The position numbers and the translations under genes are program-made. Below the pieces are notes generated by a model. That model saw only the letters and a list, made by a program, of their open reading frames with translations, made no database searches and was not told where the DNA came from. From positions 6,713 to 70,712 of the forward strand of contig CACEWA010000006.1 of NCBI GenBank assembly GCA_902563095.1: a stretch of DNA of 64,000 nucleotides, read 5' to 3'. The stretch comes from an uncultured Candidatus Poseidoniales archaeon. Lineage in GTDB: Archaea; Thermoplasmatota; Poseidoniia; Poseidoniales; Poseidoniaceae. How positions within the stretch are numbered: the first letter of the stretch is position 1; every line of letters starts with the position of its first letter. Shown piece by piece: positions 9,457 to 19,042 of the stretch.

Positions 9457-10950
9457 ATGAGTAAGGGCAAAGCCAAGCGTGGAATTCCATCAAAAGTTGA
9501 TGATTTTAATGCTTGGTACCCCTTTATTGTTGAAGCTGCAGAATTGGTTGACAAGAGATACCCGATAAAAGGCATGGATGTATGGCGCCCATATGGATGG
9601 CGTACGATGAAATTGATAGATGCACTAACCCATTCGGAAATGGAAAGGACAGAGCATGAAGAAGTAAATTTCCCATTATTGATTCCAGAGAATTTATTGG
9701 ATAAAGAAAACGCTTTGGTAGCAAGACTAAAGCGCGCTAGAGAAGAGGGTGTAGATCCCGATGACCTACGTGACGACGATGAAGAAGGCGGTTTCAAGAA
9801 GGAAGTGTATTGGGTTAAACACGCTGGTGAAAATGAACTAGACATACCTATGTTTTTGCGGCCGACCAGTGAAACTGCAATGTATACCATGTTCCCTTTG
9901 TGGATTAGGTCTCACAAGGATTTACCCCTCAAGGTTTACCAAATGGTAAACACATTCAGATATGAAACAAAACAAACAAGGTCGTTTATTCGAGTTAGGG
10001 AAATTCACTTTTTCGAGGCACACACAGCACATGCTGATGAAGAGTGTGCCACCAGGCAGATACAGCAAGACCTAGAGATTGTTGATAACTTGATGCACGA
10101 TTTATGCTTACCTGCAATAAAAGCAAGAAGGCCAGTTTGGGATACATTTCCAGGGGCATGGTATACTATTGGCATAGATGCAATTATGCCAAATGGTAGA
10201 ACACTGCAAGTTGCATCATGTCATCATTACAGAGACCAATGGGCTAAGGCATTTGATTTGACTTATGAAAATCTTGATGCTGAACAGCAACACTGTCATC
10301 AAACCACATATGGAATGTCTGAAAGATTGCTAGGTGCAATAGTTGGAATGCATGGTGATGACAATGGCCTAATTATGCCACCTGCAATTGCTCCTTATCA
10401 AGTTGTAATTTGCCCAATGATAAGGAAGAACTCCGAAGTGGATACAATCGCTAAGAGCGAAGAAGTTGCAGCTATTCTAAAATCTGCAGGATTGAGAGTT
10501 AAAGTTGACAAGAGAGATATTCATGCTGGACAGAAATATTTCGATTGGGAGATCAAAGGTGTCCCACTTAGACTCGACATAGGACCAAGAGACATTGAAA
10601 ACAATTCTGCTTTTGCTGCTAGAAGGACTGGTGGAAAAGAACCGCTTCCATTAGCTGATATTGCTAATGAATGTAAGCGGATTTTGTCTGAAATTGCTGA
10701 TGAGTTACGAACACGTGCATCTGCTCATTCTGATAATGTAGTCATTCCACTAAACGATCTAAATAATGTGCAAGATGGTAAAATCTACGAGATGGCATTT
10801 GACGGTACAGACGCTCATGCAGAAACTATAGAGCGTACTACAGGATTATCATTCTTAGGAGATGCTACCGACCCTTACGATGAAGAAAGGCCTTGCTTCA
10901 TGTCAGGTAAAATGACCACTAGAAGAGTTATTTTGGCGAAGACTTACTGA
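9457..10950 (+). CDS. proS: Prolyl-tRNA synthetase (archaeal/eukaryotic type)
   Basis: It carries class II motifs and ProRS strings: FNAWYPFIVEAAELVDKRYPIKG, FLRPTSETAMY, VNTFRYETKQTRSFIRVREIHFFEAHT. I placed the start at the ATG at 9457 (MSKGK...) rather than the TTG at 9427. Confidence 0.9.
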   Translation: MSKGKAKRGIPSKVDDFNAWYPFIVEAAELVDKRYPIKGMDVWRPYGWRTMKLIDALTHSEMERTEHEEVNFPLLIPENLLDKENALVARLKRAREEGVDPDDLRDDDEEGGFKKEVYWVKHAGENELDIPMFLRPTSETAMYTMFPLWIRSHKDLPLKVYQMVNTFRYETKQTRSFIRVREIHFFEAHTAHADEECATRQIQQDLEIVDNLMHDLCLPAIKARRPVWDTFPGAWYTIGIDAIMPNGRTLQVASCHHYRDQWAKAFDLTYENLDAEQQHCHQTTYGMSERLLGAIVGMHGDDNGLIMPPAIAPYQVVICPMIRKNSEVDTIAKSEEVAAILKSAGLRVKVDKRDIHAGQKYFDWEIKGVPLRLDIGPRDIENNSAFAARRTGGKEPLPLADIANECKRILSEIADELRTRASAHSDNVVIPLNDLNNVQDGKIYEMAFDGTDAHAETIERTTGLSFLGDATDPYDEERPCFMSGKMTTRRVILAKTY

Positions 10951-12315
10951 TTACATTTCAAGTCCATCGAAATCCATTTCAGTATCGCGCATCATGCGCT
11001 TCATCTGTTTGTTCATCTTACGATTGCCGCTCATTCCCTTCATCATCTTACGAGAGCGATTCCACTGACCTATGAGTTCTCTAACGTCTTTTTCTTTGAC
11101 CCCAGAACCTCTAGCAATTCTTCGGATTCTGTCAGCCTTGATTTTAGCAGGCTCATCCTTTTCGTAGGTTGTCATCGAATCCATAATCACTTGATATCTA
11201 TCGAGATTAGCCTGCATAGCCTCTTTCTGATTCTTGCCCATAGCACCCATTCCGCCAAACATTCCACTTGGTAAGAATGAGAGTAACTTATCGATTGTTC
11301 CAACCTTGGACATCATCTCCATTTGTGAATACATATCGTTCAATGTGAATCTACCAGACATCATACGCTGAGTAATACGCATGGCTTCTTCTTCATCCAT
11401 GTCTTCGGGAGCTAGATCAATAAGGCCACGAATATCGCCCATTCCAAGAAGTCTAGAGATAAATCGATCAGACTCGAATTTCTCTAAATCTGCAACTTTT
11501 TCTCCAGTTCCAATATACATCACTGGAGCACCTGTAGTAGCAACAGCAGATAGAGCGCCACCACCCCTAGCAGTACCATCGAGTTTGGTAATTACAATGC
11601 CAGTTACACCTGCTAAGTCATGGAAATTTGCTGCAACTGGTCCGGCAGATTGTCCAACCTGTGCATCGATAACCAGGAATCTCTCATTAGCATTAGCAAC
11701 TTCAGAAATTTGTTCTAATTCAACGACTAGATCTTCGTCTAACTTGTGCCTACCCGCTGTATCAATGATTACTAAATCTGCTGCCGCATGTTGTTTTAGT
11801 CCATTTTTTACTATGTCAACAGCATTCTTGTTATCTGGTTCACCATATACTTCAACAGATGAGTCTTCTAATAATTGAGATAGTTGGTTGTAAGCACCTG
11901 GTCTGTGAACGTCAGCTTCGATGACTGCAACTCTTACACCATGACGCCTACGATACCATTCTGCCAATTTTGCAGTGGTAGTTGTTTTACCATTACCATA
12001 CAACCCAACCATAAGAATAGTCGATTGTTGCGGCCTTACTTCTCTAGGAGGTCCGAGTAATCGAACCAATTCAGTGTAGAGGATATTCATTGCATGAGTT
12101 TGCAATGTTACACCCGGGCGAGGCTCCTCATCCCTCATCCTTGCTTCTAATTTTTCAGTGATATCTTTGGTTTGACGAACGTTGAAATCTGCTTCCTGCA
12201 AAGCCCTTCGAAGTGAACGGAGCATCTCCTTTAATTCATCCTCATTCAACTTTCTACGACTCTTTAGAATTCCTAGCGCAGAGAAAATACCTCTGGACAG
12301 ACCTTCAAGTGCCAT
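10951..12315 (-). CDS. srp54: Signal recognition particle protein SRP54
   Basis: 454 aa. The GTPase motifs are GLYGNGKTTTTAKLA, DTAGRH and TKLDGTARGG, and the C-terminal M-domain is Met-rich (MMKGMSGNRKMNKQMKRMM). Confidence 0.95.
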   Translation of the reverse strand: MALEGLSRGIFSALGILKSRRKLNEDELKEMLRSLRRALQEADFNVRQTKDITEKLEARMRDEEPRPGVTLQTHAMNILYTELVRLLGPPREVRPQQSTILMVGLYGNGKTTTTAKLAEWYRRRHGVRVAVIEADVHRPGAYNQLSQLLEDSSVEVYGEPDNKNAVDIVKNGLKQHAAADLVIIDTAGRHKLDEDLVVELEQISEVANANERFLVIDAQVGQSAGPVAANFHDLAGVTGIVITKLDGTARGGGALSAVATTGAPVMYIGTGEKVADLEKFESDRFISRLLGMGDIRGLIDLAPEDMDEEEAMRITQRMMSGRFTLNDMYSQMEMMSKVGTIDKLLSFLPSGMFGGMGAMGKNQKEAMQANLDRYQVIMDSMTTYEKDEPAKIKADRIRRIARGSGVKEKDVRELIGQWNRSRKMMKGMSGNRKMNKQMKRMMRDTEMDFDGLEM

Positions 12316-12357
12316 GCTAATGCCGAAAAGCGCATTTGGTTTGAACCCAACGGATGA

Positions 12358-13521
12358 TTATTCTTCGGGAAATGTCAATTTCAAAATATCATTCTCTAGT
12401 TTTGCCTTCACTTGACTTGCCTTTGCTGGTCTATCAAATGGGACTGGATGTTCACGAGAATTAATACCAACATAAACGACTCCTGCTTCACTTCTAAGCG
12501 AAAGGTCCTCTCTGACGATACCAGGGAGGTGCAACATTACATCATCACCATCTGACCAAGTACCTCGGTGTACTTCTAGACCTAATCCTATTGAAAACGG
12601 ACCTAGGCCATCAGAGATTGTTATTTCGCCATGCAATTCAGAATTTATGCTCCTCAATAAATCGAGACCATGAATATCAGAATCTTTCAGTTCGACTTCA
12701 TGAAGGTGTAAATCTGGCAATTCGCTTCTCAATTGGTCTACATTCTTCCTTTCATTGATGCGACGAGTTTGAATGAAATCGTTATCTAAATTTGGAGTCA
12801 TACGATTGATTACACATCCAGAAACTGGTAAATTAAATTCAGCCAGAGATTCATATGCTCTAAGTGTTTCATTAACACCCATTTTCTCAGGAATCGTAAC
12901 AAGAGTGAATCTAGTTACTTCCGGATTACAAAGAATCCGTCTAACATGCAGTACACGTCGACGGAATTTCTCTAACTCCTCGCGCATTTTCTCACCCTCT
13001 TTAGCTCCGAACATCAAAGCACGTATTCCCCCAGTTAATCGGTGCATTCGAATGATTTTTTCTGCCCATTTTTCAATTATTTCTGGTAACGCTAAAAATC
13101 GTAGAGTGTGACCAGTGGGCGCTGTATCGAAAACAATAACATCCCAATCAGGATTCTCTAAATGTTTCAACAATTCATCGAAAGCCATTGCTTCATCAAG
13201 CCCAGGTAGCACCATTTCTGAAGCGTTCAGTTCAGGGTCTTGACCACCCAACATAGGACCTAGACTCTCAGTAAGTTTAGGAATGTGGTCTGAAATCCGG
13301 GCTTCTGGATCCAATTCCAGGCCCCATAAACCTTCAACACCCTCAACAGGAGTGGGTTCAGGTCCTAACTGAACTCCTAAACTATCAGAAGTACTGTGAG
13401 CAGGATCACTACTTACCAATAGGACCTTCAAGCCCGAGTCTGCTAAACCTACGGCTGTAGAAGTAGATGTAGTTGTTTTTCCAACTCCACCCTTTCCTCC
13501 GAACAAGAGCAGGCGAGCCAT
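12358..13521 (-). CDS. ArsA/Get3-family ATPase with C-terminal HSP20-like (alpha-crystallin-type) domain
   Basis: 387 aa with the deviant Walker A GGKGGVGKTTTS, DTAPTGHTLR and PEKMGVNET. The C-terminal roughly 90 aa (..VMLHLPGIVREDLSLRSEAGVVYVGI..KAKLENDILKLTF) look like the ArsA-associated HSP20-like domain. Confidence 0.85.
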   Translation of the reverse strand: MARLLLFGGKGGVGKTTTSTSTAVGLADSGLKVLLVSSDPAHSTSDSLGVQLGPEPTPVEGVEGLWGLELDPEARISDHIPKLTESLGPMLGGQDPELNASEMVLPGLDEAMAFDELLKHLENPDWDVIVFDTAPTGHTLRFLALPEIIEKWAEKIIRMHRLTGGIRALMFGAKEGEKMREELEKFRRRVLHVRRILCNPEVTRFTLVTIPEKMGVNETLRAYESLAEFNLPVSGCVINRMTPNLDNDFIQTRRINERKNVDQLRSELPDLHLHEVELKDSDIHGLDLLRSINSELHGEITISDGLGPFSIGLGLEVHRGTWSDGDDVMLHLPGIVREDLSLRSEAGVVYVGINSREHPVPFDRPAKASQVKAKLENDILKLTFPEE

Positions 13522-13597
13522 AACAATGCCTCGAGATTGGTATATTCAAGCCTTGGCCTACACAACTCACTTGAATAAGTCATGACAGGCACACATC

Positions 13598-14323
13598 ATG
13601 GCAAGCGAATTGTGGCTATCTCAAGTTGCAATTATTGTGTCATTGGTAGGAATGAGTTTGGGTTGGCGCGGAGTCATGACTCGCTACTCTGGTTTCTATG
13701 ACCTCACCACAGCATGGAGTATGATGTTCTGGGGAATTTTGGTCGGAGGATTGTATGGTAGTTTAGGAGATTTATTCCTCCTTACAGTTTACATCGAAGG
13801 TAATTTCCTGCCGTATAGTAATCTCATCATTTGTTTAGGTTTATCAGTCGCAGTACATTTATTCTTACGAAGAAAAAAAGTTAGGAGAACTGGTTCGCAA
13901 CCAACTACTGGTTGGGCATTAGGTCTTGCTGTTGGGGGAATGATCTCACTATTTCTTATTTTCAGATTACTGCAAGCAAATAAGAATGACATAGGTCTTG
14001 AATTGGTTGCAACAATTATCCTAGTTGCACTTATTTCCCCACGAGCTCATGCTTTGATTTTCTGTAGACACGGCTATGGTATGTTGATGGGTAGACGATG
14101 GAGTATTGTATTGAGGACCTTTTTCTGGACTGCTCTTCTACTTACAGCACTTTACAGTTCATTCTATTTAACAAGAATTTGGATTTTCATTATTCCACCA
14201 GTATTATTGGCTGAAAAAAGAGCTCATGATTGGGTTTGGGCAGCAGTTCCAAGACCTGCTAGAAGGCGATTACGTAGAATTTGGTCAGACGCATCGCGTT
14301 CTAAAACAATTGAAGAAGAGTAA
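13598..14323 (+). CDS. Hypothetical polytopic membrane protein (about 6 TM)
   Basis: 241-aa ORF with multiple hydrophobic helices and a basic C-terminal tail (RPARRRLRRIW). I recognise no family. Confidence 0.5.
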   Translation: MASELWLSQVAIIVSLVGMSLGWRGVMTRYSGFYDLTTAWSMMFWGILVGGLYGSLGDLFLLTVYIEGNFLPYSNLIICLGLSVAVHLFLRRKKVRRTGSQPTTGWALGLAVGGMISLFLIFRLLQANKNDIGLELVATIILVALISPRAHALIFCRHGYGMLMGRRWSIVLRTFFWTALLLTALYSSFYLTRIWIFIIPPVLLAEKRAHDWVWAAVPRPARRRLRRIWSDASRSKTIEEE

Positions 14324-14390
14324 GTACTTGCCAACATGAAGTACTAAGTCTAATTTTAGGATTATTTTTAGTCCTGATTTCACTTTTATT
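14323..14390 (+). terminator. Candidate terminator: 7-bp stem hairpin followed by T-rich tracts
   Basis: AGTACTT (14323-14329) pairs with AAGTACT (14339-14345) around a 9-nt loop. The hairpin starts on the last base of the TAA stop and is followed by TAATTTTAGGATTATTTTTAG...CACTTTTATT. Archaeal termination commonly uses oligo-T. Confidence 0.35.
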
Positions 14391-14434
14391 ACAGGGCAGA
14401 ACCTTCATGGGGGTACCGTTCAGCCTAGAACACA

Positions 14435-15988
14435 ATGGGAACATGTCCCTTCTGTCGCGCTCAAACCTTACCGGGCGATTCCATTTGCTACAGTTGCGGT
14501 AGAGTAATCACAGGCACTTCAGGTATGGACTCTAGAGTAAAGGGCGAATTTATGCGCTCACCAACCCGAAAAGCCAGACAAGGAATGGCTCCAAGGCATG
14601 CAGAAATGACCAAGGCTAGTTCTAAGCGCCGAGGTAGGAAAAAACGTAGCCGTATCAACCAATTGGGATTAGTAGCATTCATCGCTTTCGTATTTTTTAC
14701 TCCAGAGGCTAGGCAATTTGTTCTAGCTAAATGGGCAGAGGTTGAAGAGTATATGATGGAGGCTATTGCTCCATACCAAGTATATCCACTTGAGGCTGAA
14801 TATACGGTTGTTAGAAGCATTGATCTATGGAATAATGGTTCAGGAAATGGGCACTTGGAAGAGTCAATCCCTCTACCAATGGATGTAACAAGCAATGAAG
14901 GCGGAGCTGTGGCTTTAGCATATACTGATGGTACGGAAATTGCTAAATCTGAGGTCCAAACTATAATTGATTTAGAATTACGAATCGATAATGAGATTAT
15001 TTCGATACCCAATGATGGATTGCCGTACCGTAGTAAAGCAAATGCAATTATTACACAAGATGGTAATGAAGTTTGGTGGCCTGGACAAGGTTCAGGTTCA
15101 GATTACTGCCCTCACGGTCCTTGCGTTAGAGTATCAATCGATGTCCCTAGTGGGACTCATGAAACCGTAGACTTCGCGGTTACTCTGCATTCATCAACAC
15201 ATACATGGTGGCATTCTACAAGAATGGATGGTAAAATCGACGGTAAATCAGAAGGAGTGAGCGTACATAGATCGGGAACATTCGATGATATTTCTGAGCG
15301 TGGAATGGGTGCTAGAATTAACGAGTTTTCTGATAATCCTTGGTATGACCGTGGAGGGCAATATGGATGGGCCATAGATGGTAGACAATCGACTGCTCCA
15401 CTAGTACATCAAACAGCAGCGAGTATAGAAGCATCGCTTCCATCGAATCTGAAAGATAATGCCTATGCTTATGCAAGAGCAACATTTGATTGGCTAAATG
15501 ACAATGTACCTTACGATACAACAGCGCCTAATATAGCAAGAAGTGGTGAACAATGTTTGCAAGCAGGACTGGGTGATTGTGATGAGCAATCCAATGCATT
15601 CATGAGTATAATGCGAATTAAGGGAATTCCGACCTGGTATGTATTTGGTGCATTATCAGATTCGCAATTCCAGACGTGGGAAGGCCATGCATGGTCATAC
15701 ATTATGCTACCAATGTCCGATGAATGGTGTGAAAATAACGATGTTGTTTTGGAAACCTGTTATGTCGAAGGCGCAGTGGATGTCGTTAATCGCAAATGGT
15801 TAGTCCACACCCCTACTGCATATATCGATTGGATAGAAGAAGCACCTTGGGATAATGTAGATGGATATTATTCAGGTGGTTCAATTTCAGGGAATGATTT
15901 CAAACGATTGAGATCTTTCTACACAGAAGGATACGAAGTTATGGGTGGAACATGGGACAATAAATGGCTAGGAGAGGATTTCTCATGA
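14435..15988 (+). CDS. Membrane-anchored transglutaminase-like (Cys-protease-fold) protein with N-terminal zinc ribbon
   Basis: 517 aa. Order of elements: CPFC-x10-CYSC zinc ribbon, a basic stretch (KRRGRKKRSR), one TM (LGLVAFIAFVFF), then a large outside domain. The outside domain ends in a transglutaminase core: GLGDCDEQSNAFMSIMRIKGIPTWYVFG ... WEGHAWSYI. Confidence 0.75.
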   Translation: MGTCPFCRAQTLPGDSICYSCGRVITGTSGMDSRVKGEFMRSPTRKARQGMAPRHAEMTKASSKRRGRKKRSRINQLGLVAFIAFVFFTPEARQFVLAKWAEVEEYMMEAIAPYQVYPLEAEYTVVRSIDLWNNGSGNGHLEESIPLPMDVTSNEGGAVALAYTDGTEIAKSEVQTIIDLELRIDNEIISIPNDGLPYRSKANAIITQDGNEVWWPGQGSGSDYCPHGPCVRVSIDVPSGTHETVDFAVTLHSSTHTWWHSTRMDGKIDGKSEGVSVHRSGTFDDISERGMGARINEFSDNPWYDRGGQYGWAIDGRQSTAPLVHQTAASIEASLPSNLKDNAYAYARATFDWLNDNVPYDTTAPNIARSGEQCLQAGLGDCDEQSNAFMSIMRIKGIPTWYVFGALSDSQFQTWEGHAWSYIMLPMSDEWCENNDVVLETCYVEGAVDVVNRKWLVHTPTAYIDWIEEAPWDNVDGYYSGGSISGNDFKRLRSFYTEGYEVMGGTWDNKWLGEDFS

Positions 15989-17400
15989 GGATAATCATAG
16001 GAGGCGGAGGACGCGTAGGTACAGGACTTGCTCGCGCCTTACGTAGCGAAGACAAAGATGTTGTACTCGTAGATAACAATGCTAGGGCTGTAAAAAATTC
16101 TCAAGGAATGGATATTCTAGTCCTTCATGGTGACATTACTCATCGACAAAAATTCATTGAAGCAGGTATTGAAACCGCACAAGTTTATGTCGCTGCTACC
16201 AATTCAGATGAAAGAAATATTCTATCATGTGCGCTAGCAAAACATGTTCACAGTGAACAAACCAACGGCAAAGGGGAACTTATGACGATATGTAGGGTTC
16301 GAAATCCTATGTTCCTTGAAGAACATCAATCCGGTAAACTGTCCAAATGGGCAGGTGTGGACCATGTTGTACATCCAGTTGACGGGGCCATTGAGCGATT
16401 GATGTCTGGATTACGGTCTTCATCTCTAACAGAAGTCATTCCTTTCGAAGCGGATGCTTACATCGTAGAATTGGATGTTACAGCAGATGCTGGTGGAGTT
16501 GTTCACAGAACTTTACGAGAATCTGGAGCTAGAGTGGAAGGTGGTATGCCTCTAATTGTTGGATTGAAAAGAGATGGCGAGCCAGGACGCGTACCTGTTG
16601 CCGACGATCAAATTCTTCCGAAAGATAGAGTGGCCATTGCTACTGCCGGTGAAGCGTCATTCAACAGGATTTTACGAATATTTGGTCATGAACACATTGA
16701 TTTCCCAGACCGGCCTAAAGTTGCTATTTTTGGAGCGGGATTAATCGGTACCAGGCTGGCTAAAGCTTGGCTAGATGCCAACGGAACTGTAACAATTGTC
16801 GAGAGAGATTTAGAAAAGGCAAACACTCTTGCTGGTTCTGATTTGGGTAGCAGAAAAGGAATTGAAATTATTCACGGTGATCACCTCGACAAAGATTTAC
16901 TTTCAGAAATTGAAATATCTTCACATGATATTGCGATTTCTGCTTTAGATAATGACCATGCATCAATTGCTGCTGTATTGTTAGCAAGTGACATGGGAGT
17001 AGAGAGAACAGGTCTAATTTTGTATGATGCAGATCTAGTGAATGTGGTTCGTAGAATGGGTATCACATTCTCAGTGGACAGGAAACGTGTAGCCATTGAT
17101 ACGATTCTAGCAAAAATACATTCTGAACTTCCTGGTCCGTATGCAGTTTTATCCAGTGTGCCCGATGTAATTGGGATTTGTTTGCCAATCAATTCTAATG
17201 TCAAATTCGCCGGAAAAACAATCGCAGACGCTGGACTTCCAGAATGGTGTAAAGTTGCATTTATTCAAAGAAAAAACATACATGAAGATTGGGAGACTAT
17301 GCGTCCATCTTCTTCAAAGACATTGCTCGAAGGAGACCGGTTGACGATATTCTTGCCTCCTGATCGTGTAACTGATTTGGAGAAGAAATTCAAGGTGTGA
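15985..17400 (+). CDS. trkA: TrkA potassium uptake protein (tandem RCK/NAD-binding domains)
   Basis: It has the Rossmann motif MRIIIGGGGRVG and a second one, VAIFGAGLIGTRLA. The ATG at 15985 overlaps the upstream TGA (ATGA). Confidence 0.85.
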   Translation: MRIIIGGGGRVGTGLARALRSEDKDVVLVDNNARAVKNSQGMDILVLHGDITHRQKFIEAGIETAQVYVAATNSDERNILSCALAKHVHSEQTNGKGELMTICRVRNPMFLEEHQSGKLSKWAGVDHVVHPVDGAIERLMSGLRSSSLTEVIPFEADAYIVELDVTADAGGVVHRTLRESGARVEGGMPLIVGLKRDGEPGRVPVADDQILPKDRVAIATAGEASFNRILRIFGHEHIDFPDRPKVAIFGAGLIGTRLAKAWLDANGTVTIVERDLEKANTLAGSDLGSRKGIEIIHGDHLDKDLLSEIEISSHDIAISALDNDHASIAAVLLASDMGVERTGLILYDADLVNVVRRMGITFSVDRKRVAIDTILAKIHSELPGPYAVLSSVPDVIGICLPINSNVKFAGKTIADAGLPEWCKVAFIQRKNIHEDWETMRPSSSKTLLEGDRLTIFLPPDRVTDLEKKFKV

Positions 17401-17407
17401 AACAAAA

Positions 17408-19042
17408 ATGCGCCGAGACGTACTTTCACTAATCGTCGGTTGGACGATGATGGCAATGCTGATTCCATTGTCATTCAGTTTCCTAGTTACATGGTGGTTA
17501 GATGGAATTAATACAGCACTAATTTCGTTCATGCTACCAATTGTTTTTTCAGGATTAATTGGTCTTGCTCTGCTCAGTATTGGTGTTCGTTCGGATACTA
17601 CTGAGCGACTTCGTGACAGGGAAGCATTTGCAGCAGTCGCTTTGGCATGGCCTGTTGCTGTATTGGTTGGAAGTCTGCCATTTTGGCTAGGAGGAGTATT
17701 CCATGGACCATTTACTGATGGTTCACAGATGGCTGATATCGGTAGAGGATTTGTTAATTCATGGTTCGAGTCAATGTCTGGTTTCACAACTACTGGGGCG
17801 ACTGTTATTGAACACTCAATGAGTCCAAATTGCATTCCTGGAACAACTCCAGATTGTATCAATGCTCAGCCTAAAGGGATTCTAATTTGGAGGTCGCTCA
17901 CTCAATGGCTAGGTGGCATGGGAATAATCATGCTAGGACTAATGCTACTGTCGAGAGTTTTAGGCGGAGGAATGGCCTTAGCAAGAGCTGAACTTACAGG
18001 TCCATCATTGTCTAGATTAAGGCCTAAATTACAAGAGACTGCATTGGCTCTGTGGACAATTTACATCGTTCTAACCGCACTAGAGATTTTGCTACTATGG
18101 GGTGTTGGAGGATTAACAATTTTTGATGCATTTAATCATGGTTTGACTACGATGCCTTCAGGAGGATTCTCAACTCACGATGCTTCAATAGCGTACTATG
18201 ATAGTTACGTTGTCGAATCTATAATCATCTGTTTCATGTTCCTTGCAGGTGTCAATTTTACTTTGATATGGCTTGCTTGGGAAAAGCAATGGGACAAAGT
18301 GTTTGCAGATCAAGAAGGTAGAAGTTACGTTCTAGTAATTCTTGCAACAACACTGTTTGTATTTTTAGCATTATTATCACAGGGAAGTGGTTTTGATGAT
18401 GGGTTCTATGACTCATTATTCACCGTTGTATCGATAGGAACCAGTACTGGTTATACGAATAATGATTACATGCTTTGGCCTGTTGTAACGCACATTTTCT
18501 TATTCCTACTGATGATTGTTGGTGCATGTGCTGGTTCAACAAGTGGTGGTCTCAAATTGATGAGAGTTAAACTTGGTTTGAAAATCGCTTGGAGAGAGAT
18601 AGGTAGAATCGCTCAACCGAAGCGTGTAGTTCAAATCAGGATGAATAATGAAGTTGTAGATAATGAAAGACTTGGTTTGATAGTTGGAATGTTATTTGTT
18701 TGGACTGGATTGTTCGCTCTTTCTTGTATTGTACTTGCAGTAACTATGCCAAATTCAGATTTTGAATCAGTTGTTGCAGTTGTAGCTTCTTCATTAGGTA
18801 ACACTGGACCGACTTTAGGAGATTACGGGCCGTCAAATACATGGGCTTCAATGGGGACACCTTCATTGATTATCACATCAATATTAATGTGGTTTGGTCG
18901 TCTTGAATTGATGACTGCTTTACTATTGCTACATCCTAGAACATGGGCAAGAGAAGAAAGAGAAGCACCTGATAGAGCCTCTGTTAAATTGATTAGAGAA
19001 TTGTTCGAAAAGATGGAAGACCGCTCTGAGGACAAGGATTGA
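17408..19042 (+). CDS. trkH: TrkH/KtrB-family potassium transporter membrane subunit
   Basis: 544-aa polytopic protein with repeated pore-loop-like strings (SGFTTTGAT, TMPSGGFST, GTSTGYT, SLGNTGPT). It lies directly downstream of trkA. Confidence 0.85.
   Translation: MRRDVLSLIVGWTMMAMLIPLSFSFLVTWWLDGINTALISFMLPIVFSGLIGLALLSIGVRSDTTERLRDREAFAAVALAWPVAVLVGSLPFWLGGVFHGPFTDGSQMADIGRGFVNSWFESMSGFTTTGATVIEHSMSPNCIPGTTPDCINAQPKGILIWRSLTQWLGGMGIIMLGLMLLSRVLGGGMALARAELTGPSLSRLRPKLQETALALWTIYIVLTALEILLLWGVGGLTIFDAFNHGLTTMPSGGFSTHDASIAYYDSYVVESIIICFMFLAGVNFTLIWLAWEKQWDKVFADQEGRSYVLVILATTLFVFLALLSQGSGFDDGFYDSLFTVVSIGTSTGYTNNDYMLWPVVTHIFLFLLMIVGACAGSTSGGLKLMRVKLGLKIAWREIGRIAQPKRVVQIRMNNEVVDNERLGLIVGMLFVWTGLFALSCIVLAVTMPNSDFESVVAVVASSLGNTGPTLGDYGPSNTWASMGTPSLIITSILMWFGRLELMTALLLLHPRTWAREEREAPDRASVKLIRELFEKMEDRSEDKD

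Noticed and set aside
9360-9890. 176-aa minus-strand ORF antisense to the proS 5' region. Comparable long antisense ORFs lie at 11381..11878 (in srp54), 14488..15012 (in the transglutaminase-like gene), 5207..5641 (in OPT), 19842..20276 (in rfcL) and 30391..30807 (in the surface protein gene).
   Set aside because: All lie fully inside genes with clear family motifs on the other strand. Their translations are Ser/Pro/Ile-rich with no recognisable domain.
17314-17862. 182-aa minus-strand ORF spanning the trkA/trkH junction
   Set aside because: It lies antisense to two well-supported genes, has no motifs, and its composition is typical of a reverse-frame artefact.
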